64,000 nucleotides of DNA from an uncultured Clostridia bacterium (GTDB taxonomy: Bacteria > Bacillota > Clostridia > Christensenellales > QALW01), in NCBI GenBank assembly GCA_934434555.1, contig CAKRZX010000013.1, positions 608 through 64,607 on the forward strand. Direction: 5' to 3'. This document shows, piece after piece, positions 25,705 through 32,618 of the stretch. The notes under the pieces were generated by a model. The model did no database searches and was not told the DNA's origin. It saw only the letters and a list, made by a program, of their open reading frames with translations. Each line of letters begins with the position of its first letter. The first letter of the stretch is position 1. Both the position numbers and the translations under genes were made by a program.

Positions 25705-26349
25705 ATGATTAGATATTTTGTAGGAGTGCCGGGCTCCGGAAAGACTACCCTGGCATGTCGTCTTTTAAGAAAAAACATAAAGCCCTTTATTAAACTCAGT
25801 AAGAATCCATATAAATATAACTTTGCAAACTTCGATAACAAACTTGCTAATGTTATTGACCTGTCTCTTTTGGCAACACAGAAACTTCCCCCCGGTTCTT
25901 ATCTGGCAATAGATGAATCAGGCATAGAATTTAACGCCCGAGGATTCAAAACTTTGCCGATGGGATTCATTGAATTCTTTAAGATGCACCGGCACGAACA
26001 CTGCGATATAGATATCTTCTCGCAGACCTGGGATGATACGGACAAGCAGATACGTGACCTGGCGTCTGAAATATGGCTGATAAAGAAAGTCAGACCCCTT
26101 TCATACGCACGGTGCGTGTATAAGCGCGTAGGAATAGACGAAGTCACCCACCAGTTGCAGTACCAGCACTTCTTCCGCAGCGTGTTTATGCAGTTGCTGC
26201 CTTTTATGCCGAAGCAGTTCATCTTCTGCTGGCGCCCGACTTACTATCGATATTTTGATTCATTCGCGCCGATGAACCGCCCCGTCATTGCAAGAGATGT
26301 TAAAGGCAAAGAGTTTGAGCCCATTGACACGTTCAGCATAGCACGTTAG
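25705..26349 (+). CDS. Zot/pI-like P-loop assembly ATPase
   Basis: Walker A GVPGSGKT, Walker B YLAIDESG and HRHEHCDIDIFSQ match the Zot N-terminal domain pattern. Confidence 0.75.
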   Translation: MIRYFVGVPGSGKTTLACRLLRKNIKPFIKLSKNPYKYNFANFDNKLANVIDLSLLATQKLPPGSYLAIDESGIEFNARGFKTLPMGFIEFFKMHRHEHCDIDIFSQTWDDTDKQIRDLASEIWLIKKVRPLSYARCVYKRVGIDEVTHQLQYQHFFRSVFMQLLPFMPKQFIFCWRPTYYRYFDSFAPMNRPVIARDVKGKEFEPIDTFSIAR

Positions 26350-26752
26350 CCCCATATATAATATTGCCGGCCGTGCCGGCACGTTATTGTAATGCAGAAT
26401 CCGGGCGCAAGACCGGTTCGGACGACCGGAAGCGATAAAAAGAAAGACAATTACCGACGCCCGGATACTTTCAAGAGATGTTCGACCTGAACCGCATAAG
26501 CAGGTCAGCATCGTTAAATAAAGACAGCGACTCCACAAGCGCCGACAAGCCGATAAAGGCAATAGACGTATACGCGAAGTCGTTCAGGTCATTTATGCGT
26601 GCACAGGTGCCTGAAAACCCGCCACAAAAAGGTGCGGGGCCTTCGTGCATAAAAACCCGCCCGCAGGCGAAAAAACAAAACGGAGCACACGCTCCGTCGA
26701 GGGTACGAACTGTAATTACGTACCCTACGCTGACAGATTGGAGAAAATCGAT

Positions 26753-27868
26753 ATGCACAATCAGATAATCGTAGATTACATTGCTTTTACTCTTCGTAAT
26801 GATAGTCTTACGGAACTTGTCGGAGACGCAAAGGAACTTCACACGATTTTGGAGCGCTTCTGCGAAAAGTATTGCAATCCGCTTAACGAATATATCGGCG
26901 GACATATGTATACCCACGGATACATATCTTCCTCCGGCTTCCGCACGTATTACGGCGGCGAACATGTAGGCAACACCCTTTTTGTTCAGATATCCGGCGC
27001 AGGCTGCGTACAGTTGGACCAACACTTCAAAGGCGGATTGCAAGCGTTTTTGCAGTTGCTCAACCGTTACAACGTCAAGATGAAGCGTCTTGACCTTGCC
27101 GCCGATGAAATAGGTACGGAAACCGAAAGTGATGAATATTGCCTTAGCATTGACCGTGTGGTTGGGCATCTGGATGCAGGTCTGGCAACGGGTTCTGCAC
27201 GTTCTTTTACCGCCCTGGGCGCAAAAACAATTGCAACCGGCAAGCGAAAATCCGGTGCAACCGTGTATATCGGCAACCGCAAGTCTGATGTGTTTATGCG
27301 TATATATGATAAATTCTCCGAGCAAAAGTTACAAGGCAGTGGTCACTGGATGCGTTGCGAGCTGGAACTTCACGGCGATGCAGCACAAAAGGCATTCAAA
27401 TGCCTTGTTGACACGTCTGACGGCTACCGTGAGCGCATAACCGAACTTTACCGCGGCTTATGTTTGGGCTTAGTGCGCTTTATCAAAGAGCGCAAAAGTA
27501 ATGTAACCCGTTCCGAAACCGTGGATTGGTGGACAGACTTCCTCGGCGGTTGCACTGTCGGTATACGCTTTACCCAGGAAAAAGAGCATAAAACCCTCAA
27601 TTCCCTTATGGATTGGGTTGACCATAGCGTGCTGGGTGCGCTGAACGTAATTTATAACACATACGGTTTCCCCTATTTAATCAGGCTGATGAACAGTTTT
27701 GTTGCTGCGGGACGTCTTTCGGCAGCGCACCGAAATATGATAGTTGAGTTCGAGCGCGAAGCAGCACGAATGCGAGGTGAAGACCTTGAATGTTATGACT
27801 GCGTTGAACCTATTTCTTCGGGAACAGGTGCACAGGAACAATTCACCGGCAACGTTGAGGTATTATAG
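26753..27868 (+). CDS. Rolling-circle replication initiator (Rep_trans / RstA-like)
   Basis: ATG follows TTGGAG. IVDYIAFTL, RLDLAADE, VYIGNRKSDVFMRIYDK and MRCELELHG are present. Confidence 0.8.
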   Translation: MHNQIIVDYIAFTLRNDSLTELVGDAKELHTILERFCEKYCNPLNEYIGGHMYTHGYISSSGFRTYYGGEHVGNTLFVQISGAGCVQLDQHFKGGLQAFLQLLNRYNVKMKRLDLAADEIGTETESDEYCLSIDRVVGHLDAGLATGSARSFTALGAKTIATGKRKSGATVYIGNRKSDVFMRIYDKFSEQKLQGSGHWMRCELELHGDAAQKAFKCLVDTSDGYRERITELYRGLCLGLVRFIKERKSNVTRSETVDWWTDFLGGCTVGIRFTQEKEHKTLNSLMDWVDHSVLGALNVIYNTYGFPYLIRLMNSFVAAGRLSAAHRNMIVEFEREAARMRGEDLECYDCVEPISSGTGAQEQFTGNVEVL

Positions 27869-28619
27869 CGAATGCATAGCGATGTTTACCGCGCTTATTG
27901 ATAAACCGATGAACGAATACACCATAGACGATGTTTTTGAATTCCTGGACGTTCTCCGTAACCGCGGCAACACTTCCGGAAGTGTCAACACGCGCTACCG
28001 TGCGCTGCGTGCATTCTTCAAGTGGGCAGCAACAAAACAGTATTGTGCCGATATATTCGACGGCGTCAAAATGCCGAAAAGCACCCGCAAGATTATTCGT
28101 ATTCTTTCAGGTGATGAAATCCGCACATTGGTGAACGCCGTGTCAGGCCGCAACCGTTTAATAATTCTGCTTATGCTGGACTGCGGTCTCCGGCGCTCTG
28201 AGGTTTGTTCCCTCAGGTGCGAAGACGTTAAGGAAAACTACTTTACCGTGCGCGGCAAGGGAGACAAGGAACGCATCGTACCGATGAGTGACTATATCAA
28301 ATTGCCTATGCTTGAATACCTCATTTACGCAAAGAGCAAAAATCAGGGGTGTCTGCTAAACGTCTCCGGCAACGCAATAAAAATGCTGTTTCGAAAACTG
28401 AAAAAGGAAACCGGCATTGAACGGCTGCACCCGCATTTACTGCGGCATACTTTCGCCACGCTTTACCTGGTTAACGGCGGCGACCCGGTAAGCCTTCAAT
28501 ATATTTTAGGGCACGAAAGCCTTGAAATTACGAAAGTTTATCTTCATCTTGCGCAGACGTATGTTTTCCGCTCCGGCAACAAGTTTTCACCTATGATGCA
28601 CCTTGATAAAATGAAATAA
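27795..28619 (+). CDS. Tyrosine recombinase (XerC/D-like phage integrase)
   Basis: DCGLRRSEVCSLR, HPHLLRHTFAT and LGHESLEITKVYLH are present. It overlaps the rep 3' end and is adjacent to attR. Confidence 0.85.
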   Translation: MTALNLFLREQVHRNNSPATLRYYSECIAMFTALIDKPMNEYTIDDVFEFLDVLRNRGNTSGSVNTRYRALRAFFKWAATKQYCADIFDGVKMPKSTRKIIRILSGDEIRTLVNAVSGRNRLIILLMLDCGLRRSEVCSLRCEDVKENYFTVRGKGDKERIVPMSDYIKLPMLEYLIYAKSKNQGCLLNVSGNAIKMLFRKLKKETGIERLHPHLLRHTFATLYLVNGGDPVSLQYILGHESLEITKVYLHLAQTYVFRSGNKFSPMMHLDKMK

Positions 28620-28620
28620 A

Positions 28621-28646
28621 AAGCACTTCCGATAAGAAGTGCTTTT
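28621..28646 (+). terminator. Hairpin after the integrase gene
   Basis: AAGCACTTC-N6-GAAGTGCTT followed by TT. Confidence 0.5.
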
Positions 28647-28648
28647 CG

Positions 28649-28724
28649 TGGTGGGTCATCGGGGGTTCGAACCCCGGACACCCTGATTAAGAGTCAGGTG
28701 CTCTGCCAGCTGAGCTAATAACCC
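28649..28724 (-). tRNA. tRNA-Lys (anticodon CTT), CCA encoded
   Basis: The reverse complement folds as a cloverleaf: GGGTTAT acceptor stem, anticodon loop CTCTTAA, T-arm CGGGG-TTCGAAC-CCCCG. Its 3' 45 nt form attR. Confidence 0.9.
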
Positions 28725-28731
28725 AAAAAAA

Positions 28732-28807
28732 TGGAGCGATAGACGAGATTCGAACTCGCGACATCCACCTTGGCAAGGTGGCACTCTACCAGCTGAGTTA
28801 CTACCGC
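28732..28807 (-). tRNA. tRNA-Gly (anticodon GCC), CCA encoded
   Basis: The reverse complement reads GCGGTAG..CCACC-TTGCCAA-GGTGG..GCGAG-TTCGAAT-CTCGT..CTATCGCTCCA. Confidence 0.9.
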
Positions 28808-28826
28808 ATTCATTGAGAACGTTGGT

Positions 28827-28855
28827 ATAATACCACACTGCTCCCGTTTTGTAAA
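28827..28855 (-). promoter_or_regulatory. Candidate promoter of the tRNA pair
   Basis: On the minus strand: TTTACA, 17 nt, TATTAT, about 20 nt upstream of tRNA-Gly. Confidence 0.5.
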
Positions 28856-28952
28856 GCGTTTTTTTTAAAAAAGCGAAAAAATTTTCCTGTAAGAATAAAA
28901 CCGCGTTTCGGGGAAAAAATAAAAACGTAATTCTTTAAGGAGGTAAATTTTT

Positions 28953-29117
28953 ATGCAGAAAAACGAAGCAATATCCTGTACGATACAAAATTGCAAACAC
29001 CACTGTAAGACGGCTGATTATTGCAGTCTTGCCCATATAAACGTCGGAACTCACGAAGCAAATCCAACGGTTATTGAGTGCACGGACTGTCAGTCATTTG
29101 AATACTGCTGTAAGTAA
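28953..29117 (+). CDS. DUF1540-like small Cys-rich protein (54 aa)
   Basis: RBS AAGGAGG. It encodes MQKNEAISCTIQNCKHHCKTADYCSLAHINVGTHEANPTVIECTDCQSFEYCCK. It is below the ORF-track cutoff. Confidence 0.6.
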   Translation: MQKNEAISCTIQNCKHHCKTADYCSLAHINVGTHEANPTVIECTDCQSFEYCCK

Positions 29118-29259
29118 TAAACTGTTTCTCTTTCCGGCGGGCAAAGTCCGTCGGATTATTTTTTTTATAAAAAATTATTGACAAACGATAATAAATGGTG
29201 TAATATTATAAGCGTGAAATGCATATATTACTTTTGCAATTAACTACGGAGGCAGAAAA

Positions 29260-29685
29260 ATGCATACGAAAAGGTCAATAATAATTTCTTACATCGCCTG
29301 TGCGGCGGTGGGGCTTTGCCTGATAGGGGCGATGTTTATTGTTCCGGGGGTTCTGATAAAGTATTATAACAGTCCCCGCAACGATATCCTGATTTGCTTT
29401 TATCCCAGCGCGGTTTTGGGGCTGACGGCACTTGCGTCGCTCATATTTTTATTAAAGAACATAATGGAAAACGAAATGTTCTGCCGCGAAAACGTCCGTC
29501 TTTTATGGATAATATCAAACTGCTGTTTTATAGTTGCGGTAATTACTTTTATAGGCGGATTCTTTTGGCTTTCCTTTTTTGTACTGTCGGCAGCGGCAGG
29601 CTTTATGGGACTCATTATAAGAGTAGTGAAAAACGTAATGCAAAAGGGCGTTGAACTCCGAGAAGAAAACGACCTGACAGTTTAG
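29260..29685 (+). CDS. DUF2975-like membrane protein
   Basis: Four TM helices and a C-terminal ELREENDLTV. It is followed by a YozG-type HTH gene, a pairing I recall as conserved. Confidence 0.65.
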   Translation: MHTKRSIIISYIACAAVGLCLIGAMFIVPGVLIKYYNSPRNDILICFYPSAVLGLTALASLIFLLKNIMENEMFCRENVRLLWIISNCCFIVAVITFIGGFFWLSFFVLSAAAGFMGLIIRVVKNVMQKGVELREENDLTV

Positions 29686-29694
29686 AGGCGCACA

Positions 29695-29931
29695 ATGATA
29701 ATAGTTAATCTTGATGTAATGCTTGCAAAGCGGAAAATGACGTCCCTTGAACTCTGTAAGAAAATAGGCGTTACACCCGCGAATATTTCAATACTCAAAA
29801 CCGGAAAGGCAAAGGCGATACGCTTCTCCACAATGGACGCAATCTGCCGCGAACTTAACTGCCGGCCCGGTGATATATTAGAATATGTTGACGAAGGAGT
29901 TGATTTCAATGAATGGCGAAACAACAGATAA
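29695..29931 (+). CDS. Small XRE/YozG-like HTH transcriptional regulator
   Basis: IVNLDVMLAKRKMTSLELCKKIGVTPANISILKTGKAKAIRFSTMDAICRELNC. Confidence 0.8.
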   Translation: MIIVNLDVMLAKRKMTSLELCKKIGVTPANISILKTGKAKAIRFSTMDAICRELNCRPGDILEYVDEGVDFNEWRNNR

Positions 29932-31465
29932 CAAACAGTGGCAGCGCCCGCCGGTAATGAATCCCGCATGGCAGAATCCCGTAAAACAGCCGGTTACCTA
30001 TTATAATATGGGTGCAAAGGACATTGTATTCTTTATCTTGGGGCTGATTCTCTGTGTCGCGGCAGTACCGCTTACGCTTTGGGGCGGCTTTAAGTCGGGG
30101 TTTACCGTATCGTATGCGGCAATATTTGTGCTCTTTACGGTTTATCTTCTTAAAAAAGGCGCAAGACCGGGGCTTTACGGCTCAATTTCGGGAGTGCTTT
30201 CCCTTTTGGGCAGCGGCGTATTTGCCCATTCTTCAAACGGCTCGGTTAATTTCTTCTTGTTTCTGCTTGTGTTTATCAATGCGGTAATATGGTTTTCTTC
30301 ACTGTGCGGACTTAAAGACAGCAAAACCGATATGGGTTTCCTGTTTGCAGCCGTAGGACGGCCCTTTGCGTGGGCGTTCGGGAAAATGCCCAAAATGTTT
30401 CGCTCGGTATTTTCATCAAACGGTGAAAAGACCAGGACGGCGGGCAAAACGATTATCGGGCTTGTGTGCGCGGTACCCGTTTTAATTGCGGTAACGCTTT
30501 TGCTTGCAAGTGCCGACGCGGCTTTTGAATCGGTTTTAGGAAAATTCACCGGCGCCGAACTCGTTGTAAAAATCATTACGGGGCTTATATTCTCGCCGTT
30601 CATACTGTCGTTCTTCTTTGCCCTTAAAAAGGAAGATAAAAAAGAATACGACGGCAAACCTTTCGGCGGAATGAAAGAAAATGTGTACATTATTTCATTT
30701 CTGGGCGTAATCTGCGCGGTGTACCTGCTGTATCTGTTTTCGCAGTTCGCCTACGTTACAAGTGCGCTGTCGGGAATTCTGCCCGAAAAAGTGCTTCCCG
30801 CAGAATATGCCCGCAGAGGATTCTTTGAAATGTGCATAATTGCGGGAATCAACCTTGCACTTGTTTATCTTGCCCAGTATTTAATGGGCAAACAGGCAAA
30901 GGGGCGCGGCGCGGTCAAGGGCGAATGTACATTTATATGCCTGTTTACCTTATTTATAATAGCGACCGCCATAGCAAAAATGGTTATTTACATCAATCGG
31001 TTCGGTATGACAGAGTTGCGTATATGCACATCGGTATTTATGATTTTCATCGCCGTTGCGTTTATCGCACTTGTGGTAAGGCTGTATGTAAATAACGTTC
31101 CCGTTTTCAGAATAGCGGCAACGTGGGCAACGGTTCTGCTTATCGCCTTGGGCGCGGTGAACATAGACGCTTTTGTTGCGGAATATAATGTTGATGCGTT
31201 TCTTGAAGGCAGACTTTCCCACGTGGATATTGAAAAGTTGGAAGAACTGGACTTGGCGGCGGTTCCCGCACTTATCAAACTTGAAAACGAGGGATTTAAG
31301 GCAAGCGAAATAAACAACGTTTACTCCCTTGAAGCGCGGCAGGCGCTTATAAGGCTTAACAGCAAGTATTTCGGCGACGAAGAGTACAATAAATCCCCCG
31401 AGCCCGGCTCGTGGAATTATTCCGATTACAGGGGAAAGACCGAACTTAAAAAGCACTTTAAGTAA
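29909..31465 (+). CDS. Polytopic membrane protein (DUF4153/DUF4173-like)
   Basis: ATG follows GAAGGAG. It has at least 10 hydrophobic helices and is the third gene of the DUF2975-HTH cluster. Confidence 0.55.
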   Translation: MNGETTDNKQWQRPPVMNPAWQNPVKQPVTYYNMGAKDIVFFILGLILCVAAVPLTLWGGFKSGFTVSYAAIFVLFTVYLLKKGARPGLYGSISGVLSLLGSGVFAHSSNGSVNFFLFLLVFINAVIWFSSLCGLKDSKTDMGFLFAAVGRPFAWAFGKMPKMFRSVFSSNGEKTRTAGKTIIGLVCAVPVLIAVTLLLASADAAFESVLGKFTGAELVVKIITGLIFSPFILSFFFALKKEDKKEYDGKPFGGMKENVYIISFLGVICAVYLLYLFSQFAYVTSALSGILPEKVLPAEYARRGFFEMCIIAGINLALVYLAQYLMGKQAKGRGAVKGECTFICLFTLFIIATAIAKMVIYINRFGMTELRICTSVFMIFIAVAFIALVVRLYVNNVPVFRIAATWATVLLIALGAVNIDAFVAEYNVDAFLEGRLSHVDIEKLEELDLAAVPALIKLENEGFKASEINNVYSLEARQALIRLNSKYFGDEEYNKSPEPGSWNYSDYRGKTELKKHFK

Positions 31466-31572
31466 AAAAACGGCAGGAAAAGACTGCGAACAAACCTTAA
31501 AAAGGCTTGGAAAGCAGTCTTTTTTTGCCGTGTATTGCATAATCGCCGCTGCGCAGGCGGGAAACACGCTTT

Positions 31573-31797
31573 TTATTTTTTTGTTTCCATACTCCAACCT
31601 AACTTATCACGGTCCTCCAAGAACAGGGATCTATCGTAATAGACGGTTACTGCGCGCAGTGTTTTGTCTTTATCATCATTATATCTCGTTATAATGTCCG
31701 TTGCATCCTCCGTCCACCAATAATGAAAGTATTTTTTTCCGCAAAAAAAGCCTGCAATAAACGCAAATGTCGCACAGCCCACACAAACCCAAGCCAT
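31573..31797 (-). CDS. Small membrane protein, hypothetical
   Basis: 74 aa with one N-terminal TM helix. Confidence 0.4.
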   Translation of the reverse strand: MAWVCVGCATFAFIAGFFCGKKYFHYWWTEDATDIITRYNDDKDKTLRAVTVYYDRSLFLEDRDKLGWSMETKK

Positions 31798-31944
31798 CGC
31801 CTACACCTCTTTGCTTTTTCATATATCGAATTTTATTATATCATTGTTTTCATATTCAATCAACTATATTGCATATTATCCTGTGCTTCTTTTCCTTTGT
31901 TTTTGCACCTTGCTTCGCATTATGAAAATTTTTTCAAAAAACGC

Positions 31945-31973
31945 TTGACAAAAAAATTGTGTTCGTATATTAT
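31945..31973 (+). promoter_or_regulatory. feo operon promoter
   Basis: TTGACA, 17 nt, TATTAT. Confidence 0.6.
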
Positions 31974-31980
31974 TATGTAT

Positions 31981-32066
31981 GGTTAGCAAGGGCTAACCGA
32001 TATTTGACGAAAAAAGTTAGCGCTTGCTAACTGAATTTCAGGGTAAATGGTTAGCAAATGCTAATC
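31981..32066 (+). promoter_or_regulatory. Three palindromic operators rGTTAGC-N4-GCTAACy spaced 34 bp apart
   Basis: GGTTAGCAAGGGCTAACC at 31981-31998, AGTTAGCGCTTGCTAACT at 32015-32032 and GGTTAGCAAATGCTAATC at 32049-32066. Confidence 0.7.
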
Positions 32067-32093
32067 GGCATACGGGAATCGAGGTAAGAATAT

Positions 32094-32306
32094 ATGTTAC
32101 CGTTAAGTCTTGCAGGTATCGGCGAAGAGAATACCATAAAGAGAATAGGCGGAAGCCCGGAAGTAAAAAAGCATCTTGAAAATTTAGGCTTTGTAGTTGG
32201 CGGCAACGTTACGGTAATAACAACAATGGGCGGCAATGTAATAGTAAACGTAAAGGAAGCCCGCGTTGCAATAAGCCGCGAGATGGCGCAAAAAATAATG
32301 GTTTAA
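32094..32306 (+). CDS. feoA: FeoA family protein
   Basis: A 70-aa SH3-like FeoA pattern (IKRI.G....K..L..LGF..G..V.V), upstream of feoB. Confidence 0.85.
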   Translation: MLPLSLAGIGEENTIKRIGGSPEVKKHLENLGFVVGGNVTVITTMGGNVIVNVKEARVAISREMAQKIMV

Positions 32307-32351
32307 CGGCACGGGGCGTGCCTGAATAACACTTTTTAGGAGGAGTAGATA

Positions 32352-32573
32352 ATGAAAACCCTTAGAGATGCCAAAATTGGCGAGACCGTAAGAGTAAAAA
32401 AACTTCACGGTGAGGGCGCGGTAAAGCGCAGAATTATGGATATGGGGCTTACCAAAGGCGTAGATGTTTATGTGCGCAAGGTAGCACCGCTGGGCGACCC
32501 GATTGAGGTAACTGTTCGCGGATACGAACTTTCTTTGAGAAAAGCGGACGCCGAAGAAATAGAAGTTGAATAA
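32352..32573 (+). CDS. feoA: FeoA family protein (second copy)
   Basis: VRVKKLHGEGAVKRRIMDMGLTKGVDVYV. Confidence 0.85.
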   Translation: MKTLRDAKIGETVRVKKLHGEGAVKRRIMDMGLTKGVDVYVRKVAPLGDPIEVTVRGYELSLRKADAEEIEVE

Positions 32574-32618
32574 ATTTGCCTTGACTGAAAGTCAGGTGCA
32601 GGAAGAGAGGACTTGAAT

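Larger units (their letters stand above)
21480..28693. mobile_element. Inovirus-like (filamentous phage) prophage, about 7.2 kb, integrated in tRNA-Lys(CTT)
   Basis: It has 45-bp att direct repeats. Integrase sits next to the tRNA. It encodes a Rep_trans initiator, a Zot/pI-like ATPase, a small coat-like TM protein, a pIII-like protein and an XRE repressor. Confidence 0.8.

Noticed and set aside
26471-27325. A 284-aa minus-strand ORF in the prophage.
   Set aside because: It is antisense to the well-supported Rep_trans gene and its Cys/Arg-rich composition is typical of a shadow ORF.
28656-28838. A 60-aa ORF on the minus strand.
   Set aside because: It lies entirely within the two tRNA genes.
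30950-31597. A 215-aa minus-strand ORF. Similar cases are 48134-48700, 5663-6241, 17151-17816 and 52948-53475.
   Set aside because: All are antisense to better-supported plus-strand genes and none has independent motif support.
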